A stretch of 64,000 nucleotides of DNA, from assembly GCA_013239625.1 (NCBI GenBank), contig MU054212.1:868001-932000 (forward strand). Direction: 5' to 3'. The position numbers and the translations under genes were made by a program. The notes beneath the pieces were generated by a model that saw only the letters and a list, made by a program, of their open reading frames with translations, did no database searches and had not been told where the DNA came from. Position 1 is the first letter of the stretch. The number at the start of each line of letters is the position of its first letter. The stretch is from Lama guanicoe (lineage: Eukaryota). Positions 1-12,680 of this stretch are shown here, one piece after another.

Positions 1-395
1 TCAAAGGGCCCTACCTCAAGGAAGAGGTTCAAAGCATGAGAAATTTTCCTGCTGACCTTGAAATGAAATTTTCCTGCTGACCCGTGGAGATGGCCATATG
101 GTAAGGACCTAAGAATGGGTTCTAGAAGTTGAGAGTGGCCCGAGCCAACAGCCAGGAAAAAAGGAGGAACCTCAGTTCTACAACCATAAGGAACTGGATT
201 CTGCCAACAACATGTGCAGACTTGGAAGCAGTGTTTCAGTTATTCAGTGGACACCTTGATTGCACTTGACCCTGAGCAGAGAACCTGGTCACACCATGTC
301 CAGACTCCTGACATAAAGGTCTACAAGATAATAAGTGACGTGCTTTAAGCCACAAGCTGTGGTATTTTGTTTAGCAGCAATAGAAAGTTAATGCA
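1..395 (+). mobile_element. MaLR LTR fragment (MLT1D/E-like)
   Basis: MLT1-type motifs aacctcagttctacaaccataaggaactggattctgccaacaac and gaccctgagcagagaacc, and the terminal gcagcaatagaaagttaatgca. Confidence 0.75.
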
Positions 396-3300
396 CATTT
401 TCCTCCCCCTCTTTCAGACCAGGCAATGCCTCCCATCTATTTCACCCTATTTCTTCAACAGGTATTTCCTTAGTACCTTCTACATGCCAGGCACTGTTCT
501 AGGTATTTGGGATACATAAGCAATTAAAAAAAGGGAAATGCATCCTGCAGACTGGAAATCAAATGGTACTGAGATTTATTCCAACAAATGTGTTATCTTC
601 ATTTTGGTTGGGGATAGTTTGGTGGCAGGAGGGCTCTCCACCTCTTCTGCCCGTGTGTTGTGTTAAATCCGGCCTCTCCTGAGAATATTTTCACCCTCAA
701 TTTGCATCTGAGATAATTCAGGGAGATCCAACATGGTTTGAAAAGACTCTATAACCCCAGTTTCAGCAATGGATTACTCTTATCCCTCTAGCATTAATTC
801 AATAGAGAGTTTGCCTATAATGACTAGGATTTACTTACCGTACCATTTTTTTAAACTAGGGTTTCTATAGTTAACTGGGAATCCTAACCCATCAAAATGT
901 TTACCAAACATACCGATGCTTGCTGGACTTGCTCTTTTTGCCTTAAAGCTATTTTTTAAAAACCTACCTTTTAAAAGTACCCTTTTGATGTACCTGAAAA
1001 ACCCCTCGTTAAGACAGCTGAATTAAAAAAAAAGCCCACCAGCATGAGAACAATTTAGTAGTTTGCTGGCGGCTGACAGACATGAGCTACGGCGAACATC
1101 TTCGGGACTGGTGCGCCCACCCACCTCCTTGCTGGCGGGGAGGCTGCTCTGTAGGTGGCTGAGAGTGTGTCTTGGAGTCCGCCCACCTCGGTTCGTGCCC
1201 TGGTGCCCTTCTTAGCTGCCGTGTGACCTGGAGCAACAGAAGTAACTGCTCTCTGCGGCAGTTTCCACATGTGTAAAGTGAGATAATATTAGTGCTCACC
1301 TCGTAGGACTGCCGTGAGGTTTGAATGAGTTAGCTGCTTTGTTTTGAAGCCTCTTCAGGCCGGTGGTTGGTAAGTTAAATTTTTATTTAATAGAATAAAG
1401 TAAACTTCAATAAACGCTCATTATGAAAACAGACCGACTCGTAACTTCTGCTCCTCTAGAAAACACTGCATATAATCCTGCAGAAAATACTCTAGAAATG
1501 TCTAGAAACAGGAAAAGCAACACAAGTTATGTCAGACAGAGGGTGTTTCTTTCCTCTTGTGTGCAGCAGTATGTGCTTTATTGAGCATGTTCTATCCTGT
1601 AAGGTTCATATTTTATGCTCCATTGGTGGGATCTGTATTTTCTCCTTTTTGTAGAGTTAACCGTGAAAGCGTCACTGAGAGGTTAGATTTCATAACTGAA
1701 TAGTGACCTACAGACCTTACATTTAGGAAGTGTGAATCTTGATGCATGGTTGGGAAATAAAATGCAGGCTATAAACTTGTTATCACTGAATTACTTTTTC
1801 CCAGCTACGGAGAACTGAAATTTGATTTCAGTTTGACAGTTTACGCTGTCATGAGGGGTCCATTTTCTCTGTCTCCTTGTGCACCACTTGGTTTTCGCTG
1901 TTGGTTTTCTTGGCCAACACAGTTTGACAAGTCAAAACATTGCCTTCAGGACTCGACCTTGAAGGGCCGTTTTCCCCCTTACACGGTGGCAAAGTAGGAA
2001 GTTTCTGCGATTCCTTGGAGGCAGTGGCATTTTCTGGGCTGTCCAAGTCTGTTAAATTATATACTACTCATCAGGTTTGGGCTGGAGAATAAGAACAGGA
2101 TGTCTTACTGGAAACGTTGTCTGGCCAAGTATAATGTGTTCGTTTTGACTTTTGAAACAGAGTGTGGGTGCCCGGGTTTTAAAACGGGACTTTTTGGAAT
2201 ATAAGGGAGTTTGTTTCTTCCCAGTGGGACGTGACTTCCACGATCTCCCCTGGGAGACAGGAGGCTTTAGCAATGGGCTCTAGTTAGGCTCTGAGATTTC
2301 CTTCAGAACGAATCTTACTCTGTCTTAGCTTCTGCTTTTCCTCCTTCAGGGTGAGGAGTAAGGGAAAACGTGTGAATGTGCATGTGGCAGGGGTTCCCAT
2401 CTCACTGTCCTCCAAGGTCAAGGTGGCTGGGAGGTTGGGAGGGGCTGGCTCTCAGGTGGGAAGGAGGAGGGGGACGAGGGTCCACAGCGGAGCAAACTTG
2501 GCTGTTGGGCTCCAGGGAATAGGAAAACCATCTCAAGAAGGATTTTAAGGTCTTATGCGACTCATCATGCCCCCAAGAGTATTGTTTTTAACCTATTAGT
2601 AGTAGAAATAAACAAAGACAAAGCAAACAGACAACCCCTCCAGAAAAACCTCAGAAGGAATCGCCTCAGAGGCTGGAGGTGAAGAGAAAAGATGACGTTG
2701 TGTCCTGTTCTGCAAGGTTGCTGGGGAGAGGGGCCCGGCTGGTGGGTCAGCGGACGAGGCAGCCTGTGGGCTTTGTTAGAGGCACAGGCTGTGAGGCCAG
2801 GCCCTGCTTGCAGCCCCCCAGCCCCCTCAGTGGGCAGCCCGGATGAAAGGCCCCTGCACCCGATCCCACGTACCAACTCCAGGGCCTCCCTGATCCCGCA
2901 TACCATCTCCAGGTCCTCCATCTGACTCCCTGCTTCTGCCTGAGGGCTCTTTCCAGGACTCGAGTTTAGAGCAGCTGGGAAATGCGGGATTTAACGCCCC
3001 CGCGGGCCACCCTCAACCCAGGAGGGACAGGAGTTGCTGGAAATCCCTCCCCCCATTTCCCTGCCTCCCCTTGGGACAGTTCCAAGGAGCTTTCTTCACA
3101 GTTCTTCAGAGTGTGTCCACCAGGACTGGGCCCCATTTGGTCCTGGCGGAATCTGCCCCTTAGTACCTGTCATTGGCTTTCACCCCTCCTCTGTGTCCCT
3201 CTCTCTCTCGATTTGTACTTCTTGAAATTGACTCCCAAATCAGCTACCTCTACCCAAACCTTTGTCTCAGAGTTGATTTTAGAGAGGACCCTAAGACAGG

Positions 3301-4314
3301 GAAGAAAGGGGGCCTAGACCGAGGCTCAGAAATCCCCCTGGGTGTCCGGACAAGCCAAAATTCTGAGAAAGTTATTTAAAATACAGTAAGTAGAAAATTC
3401 AGAAAAAATATATTTCTAAAGCTCACAGATTAAGAGTAATGAAGGCAACAGCATTATAACTTTTAAAGGACAAGAAAATAAGTCACAGAGAAATTTCCCA
3501 TTACTCTACCTGTTTTTTCACGGACACAGCATAGGTCGTGAACGCCTCAGGGTCCAGATGCAAATACGAGATCCAGCCAGCTGAGAGTGAATTTAGTATA
3601 CAGATGGCTTTTCCTTTTTTTTTTTTTCTTGTCCTCTTCAACTTTTATGAGACTTTGGTGGATGAATCCAAAACATTCTTCGTGGCCCTTGTCAGTTCTG
3701 AGTCAGATGGGAGGAAGGTCTGGGCTGGTTTCTGATTCTCCCTGAGTTTGCCAGCTTTGAAGACTAAGTTGTTTCTAGGGATGCCTGGCAGGCAAGGTCA
3801 CAAGAGTCTGACTCAGCTGGGTCCCTGGTTGGATAACAGTTCCATCCAGTAAGTGGATGACTCTTAGGTTTGACCCAGTCTTCTAGATCTTTCAGGAATT
3901 CTCTAGACTATAAGCTTCAGGAGGCCAGGGACTATGTCTTCTTGTGTTCACTGCAGAATGTTCTGCTCCCAGCATCTTGCATAGTGTTCAGCACATAGTA
4001 GATACTCAGTAAATATTTGCTGAGTGACCGTAGAATGAACCAAGGATGACTCAGGGTGGGTCTGAATTTCCCCAGGGTATAGTACCAGTGGAAGCAGATT
4101 GCTGTGAGACCAAATCTCTGGGTTGGAGTGGACCAGCCTTGGCTCTGTAATTAATTGGTTCCACTTAGGATACTTCTGTCTCTTTGTAACATCATTTAAG
4201 TATTTTAGAGCAATTGCACAGTTAGAAGATTACAGATCTTATACAGAGTAAGTTTGTACTTAATAAATTTCTATTAATAGCCATGTAATCATGAGAGTTA
4301 TGATTTGGGTGGAA

Positions 4315-4560
4315 TGCAATGTAATTATCCTCCAGTTTGTGGGTTGCCCACCCAGGGGAGTATGGAATTTGATTACATCACAAGTCCTCCCCTCCCACCC
4401 GTCTCGTTGTGGTTCCTTCTTTGTGTCTTTAGCTGTAGCAGATCTTCTCTGGCAGGTCCCAGTCTCTTTCATTGGTGATCGTTCTGCAGTTAATTGTGCT
4501 TTTGGTGTGTTCTTGAGAGGGGGTGCGCCCGGGCTCCTTCTGCTCTGCCATCCTGACCAC
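4315..4560 (-). mobile_element. Isolated L1 5'UTR start (laurasiatherian L1 5' end)
   Basis: Reverse complement reads aggatggcagagcagaaggagccc...cacaccaaaagcacaattaactgcagaacgatc...aaagacacaaagaaggaaccacaacgagacgg, matching L1 5' ends as I recall them. Confidence 0.65.
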
Positions 4561-5769
4561 TGTCTCCGCTCTAATTTTTAAATATCCCTTACATTTACAT
4601 TTTACATTTGCTAGTTCCCATATAACTGGCACCACAAGTGTAACAGTCATAACAGAAAATGAGTTAAATATGTTTCCTTCCAAACACAAATCTAAGCATC
4701 AGGCTGTAGGCAAACAACACGAATCTAAGAATCAGAAACACAGATAGAGATTGTGCTAGGAAACAGCAACACTTTTCTGCTGGACTTTTCTCCCGAGCTC
4801 TCTGCGATACACGTTAACATGACAAAGTGCTAAACAGAGGTCGCTGTGACTTCCTTGGTGACTCTTACCAGGTGCCCCTGAGTTACACGCTGCTGTGACT
4901 CTGGCGTTCGGCTGCGTCCCAGGATTAAGGCCATTGTTAAGCTGTCAGAGGGCCCTTCCTTGTCAGGAGGGGTGATACCAGGGGTTGGCCTCCCCTGGGA
5001 AGGCGAGGCCTGCAGTCCAGGGAGGGGCTGGAGAGGGTGCCCCACCCCCGGCTGTTGATCAGCCCACATCGAATTCATCTCTCATAGTGCTTGATGGCAA
5101 ACATACTCCCAGGGTTCATTTCTTGAGAACTCCCAGGATGATGGCTTATGCTGCCAAGAGAAAAATAAACAGAAACAAAGCCCTTGGTTTTAGAATCTAG
5201 AAAAGGCTAATCCTATTTCTTTGCGGGTTGGCCACGCAGTTGAGAAAACAGAAGGATGATGGCCTGCCAAGGCACTGGTGTTGAGTTCCGTGGAACTGGG
5301 AGTTGACTGGAAGGAGGACCACTCTGTCTCTCGAGAAGCACCCAGGCTGCTGTGCCAGCCTTTGGTCCTATGGGGGCAGGGGTCAGGGTGGGGCAGAAAC
5401 TGAGGCATGACCCTGGGCAGACCGGCGTCAGGGCATCCCATCCGGGCAGGCCCTCACCGGTGAGAGTCGGGAGGACTCACTGCCTGTGGCTCGAGACGCC
5501 GGTGGACAGAGTATGTGAGCGTGCTTTGGTCTTTGTGATGCACTAGGCAAACGTAGAACATCACTGTCATTACGTAGCGAGATTGTCGTTGACACCCCGC
5601 CTTCTCTCCTCTTCTAGGCTTTCAACAAGCTTACACTGCCTTCTCTCCTCTAAGGTAGAGTGAAGGATCTATTAATACATTCACACGGAAGCTCTGGAAA
5701 CTCAGTACTGGAAACTCAGAAACTTCCCAGAATGTTTGCATCTTAAAAAGTTACTATTTTTGTCATGGG

Positions 5770-6150
5770 ACTACGACTTGTAGAAATTTATCCTAAGGAA
5801 GCAATAGGTGCTGAAAATGTTTGAGCAAGGATATTCTTGGGAGCATTGTTTATAATCACCTCACATGGGAAACAATCTCCTGTCCAGTAAAAGGGGACTG
5901 ATTCATTGACTGGATTAATTGACAGCCATTGGGATGAAGCCACAGAGAGATCTTTATTGACTCGACATATGTGTGTGTTCTATCACGGAGAAAAAAACCC
6001 CAAACTTTGTGTAAGGTGTATATATAGTACTGTGTGATTAGATTTTCTTTGTGTGTCTTTCTAAGCGATGAAAAAAATCAGGAAAGAGGAGTCTGAAATG
6101 CAAAGAGTGCTTTTTCTGGGTGCTGGGATTGTTGGCGCTGTTTACTGTCT
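5770..6150 (+). mobile_element. Old L1 (L1ME/MC-like) 3' fragment
   Basis: Degenerate L1 3' motifs tagaaatttatcctaagg and gcattgtttataat...ggaaacaatct. Confidence 0.5.
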
Positions 6151-6169
6151 TCTGGGAGTCCCATTTACA

Positions 6170-6420
6170 GTGTAAGTCAGACCCGTGGCGCTGGACTATT
6201 ACATAGGGACAAATCTGGCTCTATGAGTTTCTAGCTCTGTGGCACTAGGTCCTCTGGTTAATGTCTTGGGATCGGTTTCTTCCTCTGAGATTTGGGGATG
6301 AATCTAGAACCACCATCATGGGGTTGCTGTGAAGAATTAATAAGATGATACAGAAAAGCTCCTAGAGCTTTGCCTCGAACACTCTAAGAACTCTGTCCAT
6401 GTTAGTTATTAGAGCTGCTT
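6170..6420 (+). mobile_element. MIR SINE
   Basis: MIR core: aaatctggctct...tagctctgtggcact...ggtttcttcctctgaga...gggttgctgtgaagaattaataagatgata. Confidence 0.6.
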
Positions 6421-8479
6421 TTATTTTTCCCACTGAGCATGTGTTACTTTTAGAGTTAGAAAGACAATGAAGACAATTGGGAAAAGGTTTCCTTTTGGGA
6501 AAAAAAGCAGAGTTCAATACAGAGAGGACAAAAGGAACAGTTATTCCCAGCGGGATTCGAGGTAATGATGGAAACACTTAACTTGGAGGCCTCCCATCCC
6601 GCAATAGAAGCTTCTGACCATTTCATCTCAGAATGAGGTCGGCCTGCTAGAGATCTTTAAATGCCAACAGAATCGGAAAGATGCCCAGTGAATGGAAATT
6701 TTTTCTAAAGAGCTTATTTTATTCTTGAGCTGATCTTGAAAACTGTGTTTCTTCCCTTGTGAAACTTTTGTGATTTCAGGCATGTTTTGGCCTTCAATCA
6801 TGGCAGTTTTCCTGTTACTATTAATGGCAAGCATACATAAGGAAAAACTGAATTTCGTGAATTCTTCACAGTGGCTCCGACGAGAGCTTGTGTTAAATAC
6901 CACGTCTCGGGGGAGGCCGGGCCCCGGCGCACCCTCCGTCCCCCCGCCGCCTTCCAGGGCCCCCGCCTCAGCCCCCGAGCCCTGCTCGCGCTCCCGCCCG
7001 TGGCCCTGGAACCTTCCTCTGCCACCGAGCATCATCCTCTACTGTCTTCTACCCGGTGCCTCTTCTTTCCCTACTCCCGTTTCTATGATTCTCTTCACTT
7101 GCGTTTTCGCTTTCCATTTTTCCATAGCATTTCTTTCCTTTAGAGAAAACGAAAACCAAGTCAAGCCACCACCTCTTCCTGTGGTCATTGACACCTTCAG
7201 GAGGGGTGCTGCTCGTGTCCCCAGCTGCCCTCCAGGCCCCAGAGTGGTGGCCCGAGGAGCTGGTTGGAAGGGTTAGGGCTCCCACAGGACCAGTTCCTTG
7301 CCTGGCTCCAGCGGTCCCCACTGGCCCTGCCCCACGTGGCCTCGCAGGGTGCACAGGGTCACTGTCCTACCTCCCAGGCCTCTCGGGGCTCCCCCAGCAC
7401 CGGAGGGCCCAGCTTCCGTCCCCTACATCCCCTCGGCAGCTCCGGCCCCTCTTCCACACGAGGTTCCTTGGTGCGTAGCCTGCAGACGAGGATGCTTCAC
7501 GCTCCTTGTCTCTAACTCAGCCAAAACCTCCAGTGCTATTTGCCCTGCTCTCTTTAACTCCCAAACCACTAATGTAAACACGCTACAGTTTAAGAATTTC
7601 CCAGCTCAGTACATCATACATGACCAGCTTTGTGCCATGTGCTTTAAGCACCCTGAGCGATGAGATTGTAGGGTGACCTTGATAGCTTTCCCCCAGCACA
7701 GAATAACCAGAGTGGGACATCTGGGTCTTTCTCTTGCCTCTCAGAAGCATCCTAGCTCACCTGACTCTCTGTCCCTTATGGCCTGTTACAAGCATGCAGT
7801 GTCCAGAGCTCCAGAAAGATGCAAGGGGCATGCCGGGGCCAGGGAACTCCGGGGGCTGGGAGATGCAGCGCTCTCTTTCCACTTTGGGATCTGAATCACC
7901 ACATCTGGGAGGGCACAGAGCTCAAATTCAGGCTGGTGTCTCTAAAAGAGGGTGCAGGCATGCAGAGCTGTGGAGCAGCTTGCGTCAGGGTGACAGAGCA
8001 GGGCCCAGGGCCTGGCTGAGGTGAGGTGGGGTGCAAGGAAAGCAGAGTCCAGCTTCCTTACTGCAGAGGGGGCCAGGGCAGGGAGGCTGGGTGGAGGGCA
8101 GCTGTTTTGCAAATTCCTGGGTATCCTGGTGACGGTGTCTCCCCAGCACTGCTCAGGCCTGGGCAGGACTGGACCTGAAGGGGCTGGTGTTTAGGGCAGG
8201 TGAGTCTGACCCTTTGCCCAGGCTGCCCCGGTTTGCCCCCTACCACTAGGGCTTCACACACGCCCCTGTTCAACCTGCTTCTGTTACCTCAGCCAACCTT
8301 CACTCAGTCCTAGTCTCTGCTGTCCTCCCTTCTCTTGTCACCAGGCCACGTGTGCCCCCTGCCCTCCCCAAGGCTGCACAAACCTCCACCCCACCCGAGG
8401 GCATGGTCACACACCCCTCCCTGAAACCTGCTCATTTTCAGCCAGGGCAGCGCCCACCCTTGGGCTTGAAGTGTGGTCT

Positions 8480-8910
8480 TTGGATCAGCTGCATCGGTGC
8501 CTCTGGGAGCTTGTTAGGAATGCAGAGTCCTGGGCCCCCGCTTGAACCTGTTCAGTCAGAACCTGCGTTTAAATCTCTGCTGCTGGACCACCTGCACGTT
8601 AAGATTTGTGAAGTGTGGCTTAGACCAGTGCTCCTCAAGCCGTCTGTGACAAAGGACCAGTTTTTTTAACAAAACATTTCTTAGCTGTCACAGACCAGTA
8701 CTTTTGTAAAATACAGTAAAAATGAATTTGTCGAAAAATAAAGCCTAAAGCATACAAAGCAGAAGCCTCATTTGATAAAATTAGATTCAGCCGACGCCAG
8801 CTTACTCTTTCCAGTCACAAAGGCTTCTTGGTGCTGACTCTGCCCGTGTTTCACTGCAGGTGTGTAACATGCCGTCCACGGACCACTTTGAGTCGCCCGC
8901 TCTAGACCAT
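8480..8910. mobile_element. hAT-Charlie relics (MER5A-like plus an adjacent MITE)
   Basis: gcagcatc-like/ctgggagcttgttaggaatgcaga...tcagaacctgcgtttaa, followed by cagtgctcctcaag...ggaccactttgagt inverted ends. Confidence 0.55.
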
Positions 8911-10740
8911 TTACTGTCATTTTTCTTCAAGTGATTGATGCCCATCCTGAAAAGCCTGCCTCTCCTTTCTGTGAATCTCTCCCCTGGCTCAGATTTGGCT
9001 GTGCAGTTCAAGATGCATTTGCTAATTATTTAAGATGTAGCCCCAAGCCCCCTGTGACCGGGATGGTCTCCCTCCTGCCCTCCAGCTACTGTCCACCCCG
9101 CTCAGTGCCCAAAGCAGCTGACCTTCATGCGCAGCATCTGCAGGCTCCCTGCCCTGGGGCTTCTGGCAGAGTTTGGCCAGTGGAGGGTGCACACCCATGC
9201 TCAGCTCAGAGGGCGGGAGGAGCGGGACTGGGGCGTCTGTTCCCCCATCGATTGCAGCATCTCAGTTCTTCTGTTGAGGGGCTTGGCTCCCAGCAGGCAG
9301 CTGGCTCCCACAGCAGCAGCTCTGTCCCAGCTCTGGTATCTGCTTCCTGCCCTTCGGGTCCAGGGTGGGGAGGGCTCTCAGATGCTCTTAGGTGTCACCC
9401 CTGCCCACTTCTCTGTAAATGTGTGCTTGTGAATAGCTGCTTTATGAAACTCCCATCGATTGCTTCATTCTAGTGGGCCATCTGTCTCCTGCTGGGGCTG
9501 AGTTACACCAGCACTCTGACTTGCAAAGGGTGCTTTTTGACTGGTTGAAATTTAGTAACCACCCCCCTAACCCCACCTGCAGTTCTCATCTCTGAAAGAA
9601 TGAAAGGAAATTATTGAGAAGGTGCCTAACTACAATTTTTTTAAGTACATATAATGTAAATGTGTGAAGGGAAAGGAGGGAAGGAGGAAGAGGGCTCAGC
9701 TGAATTATGACTATGAAATAAGGAATAGCATTCTGTCCCATTCTATAGAGAATGCCTGGTGCATAGAAATAATTCAGTGAATATATGTCTAATGGATGGA
9801 TGAACGAGCATACAGAGAGTCCCTTACTGTATCTGCCCAATTGACATATGTCCCTCACACACCAAAAGCTGTACATATATGTGCAACAGACAGTAAAATA
9901 TTTGTCCCTTGCAATTTGGAACATACTGAAGACATAGTGAAAAAGTTGGACTTTTGGTCACTTACGTTTAGAGTATTAATCGAAATATTTAGAAAAAAGG
10001 GTGGTAAGAAGGTGTGTTGCCCTTTTCCTAGTAGACACCCTTGTGAGTCTTAGGAAATTCTTCATTATCTGCTTCATAAGATGAAGCAAGAGGCATAACA
10101 CTTTGCTTCACAAGATGAATAATTTAGGACTGAAAAACCTTAAGTTTTATGGCAGCTATATGGTGAATTTAATGCTTACATACTTCTGCTAGAAACCGTC
10201 CCAAGCACTTTTCAAGTATTAAGTCATTTCATTCTGACTACAACCTCATGGGGTAGGTTCTTGTTTTCTAGATGAGGAAACCGAAGCTCAGGGTTGTCAA
10301 CGCAGCCTCTGAGTGCTACGCACCCTGTGACTAATGGTCACAGGTGAGCAGGTGCCCGCGCGGTGTGGTGCAGAGCTGGCTTTGGATGCTGTGTGACGAC
10401 ACTGCCCGTGGTGCTCCGTTCTGTCCACTCTTGCTCTGTGAAACGCTTGTGGCCCCTGTGGGTGTTTGGTTAGAACTGTGCCTCTCCCCCTCTTGGGATG
10501 TTGTCCATCACCTTCCAGAGCATTCCCCTGTGAAGATCCATTTGAGAAATCCCTTTAGTTCCTGAAGTAGTCCTGCTTCTTTGGGGCATTAAAAAACAAA
10601 ACATATGAACACTGGGATCCTGTTTCCTCTTTATATTGGCTACTAGAAGCAAATTTATGGCTACACCATGCAAGTGTATAGAGCTCCATGACCTGCATTT
10701 TGTGTGCAGCCCTATTGTGGGCTCAAGATTTTGTCACTGC

Positions 10741-11095
10741 TGATAATTTTTCTTTCACTCCTTTTTTTTTGGTTTGTTTTGGCTCTTTGGTGATTTCATA
10801 TTGCTGTTTTCTTTGCATCATTTAGGATTTAGGGCTCTAAATCCCTCCCCACCTTTTTTTTCTTAAACAAATGGGATGTAGATGAATACAAGCAGTATGT
10901 TAACAAAACAGGAAAATATGATAATTTTTCTTTCACTCCTTTTTTTTGGTTTGTTTTGGCTCTTTGGTGATTTCATATTGCTGTTTTCTTTGCATCATTT
11001 AGGATTTAGGGCTCTAAATCCCTCCCCACCTTTTTTTTCTTAAACAAATGGGATGTAGATGAATACAAGCAGTATGTTAACAAAACAGGAAAATA
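10741..11095. repeat. Tandem duplication, 2 x ~178 bp
   Basis: 10741-10918 and 10919-11095 are identical apart from one T in a T-run. Confidence 0.95.
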
Positions 11096-12524
11096 CTGTC
11101 ACTGTCTTCTTTCCAGTCATACATTTGGTTGCCACTTAGAATAAACCATCAAGATGTGTTTTATCCAACTTCAGGATTATCCAAAGCCTGAAAGGTTTGT
11201 ATATTCATATAGGACTATTTCTTATTTTATAGTGTTAATGATATTTTTGAGTCATTTCGAGAAGCACAGTGAATTCTGTAGAAGACACTCAGGCTTTGTA
11301 AGCTGGCTGTGGTTCAGTTTTCAGTTTTGCTTCTTTCCAAGCGGATTTTTGCCAAGAAGCTCAGCATCGAGCCGGTGACCCAGCACCAAAGGCTATTTGA
11401 AGCGCGCGCCAGGTTAGAATTTTCCTGCTATGATGCATCACGGACAGAGAACCTGCTTTTACTAAGCTATTTCCTTTTAGAGCTGATTCAATATCTTTTC
11501 CCCCTTGAGTAAATACATCCTTTAATTATAAGGCCTCATTAGCTATTGTACTGTGTCATTCCCAAATATTTTTTTCTTTTGCCTCTAAATGTTTCTAGTG
11601 ACAGTAGGATAACGATAGCTATCGTTGTGTTGATAGCTGAGAGTGGGTTCATGTCTAAATATATGGGGATTCATCCTGAGCATCCACACCATGACTCATA
11701 GTGTCTCCCCAAGGCATTCTTTCAAAAGACCCCCGCCCACCCACGTTGTACCTCGTCCTAGCCGTTATTTTCACTCTTATTAAATAGCTGACTTTGGAGA
11801 ACAATTGGAGCTTAATGAAGCCCGTTCTTTGTTGAAACGTCTTGCTCAGCGAATTATCTTAGAGAAGACAGACTTGCACAGATAGCTTGTACTTTGGCTC
11901 CCTTGAACATACTTATTTTGTGCCCCGAGCTGGTCTGTAACCACAGTGTGGAGAAGACACAGTCCACAGCAGGAGAGACAGGGCCAGCTTTCTATGGAGA
12001 TGGTCTGGCAGCCGTGGGCACGGTGTGATTTCAGGGTGGAGGGCAGGCTGTCCACCAACCCCGGGAATTCCTTTAGCTGAGGAGAAAGCTGCTGCATGGC
12101 TCAGGTTGCTGGGAGAGGTAATGCATTGACTTAAAACTCACTGGAGACCAGGTTTCAAGTGAGAGAACACTCTCTGCTCCTCAGCCAGCTCCCTGGCGGG
12201 TAGAGAGCAGGGCACAGGCTGGCCCTGAAGCAGCCTCCCGTCACCAGGGATAAGCGGCACCACGCTAGGGACACGCAGACCTGGAGACTGAGGCAGAACG
12301 TCCTCACAGCCAGGTGACTCTCTATATTCCCCCAGTTGCTGGCTTTCTTGAGCTTGGCACACACAAGGGGCCGGAAAATCAGGCTGTGCGGCAACTTCTG
12401 GCGCTGGCAGAACCACCCAGGGAGGAACGATTCCTTGAAGAAAGGACCTCACTCCCTTCTGGCCCTGGCCGGCCCTCTAGCTGCCCGAGACAGCAGCGTC
12501 GCTGATTGCAATGGAATGAGACTT

Positions 12525-12680
12525 GGAATCAGACGTGGGCTCGAGTCCTGGTCCTGTTACCTCCTCGCCATGTGACCACGGACACAGTCTGCGTCTTCTG
12601 CAAACTCCAGTTTCTCCATCTATGAAGTAGGGAGGATATTAATGCTAATACACTAGGGATATTGTAAAGGCCACTAAAAC
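12525..12680 (+). mobile_element. MIR SINE
   Basis: ggaatcagacgtgggctcgagtcctgg...cagtttctccatctatgaagtaggg...attgtaaag. Confidence 0.6.
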
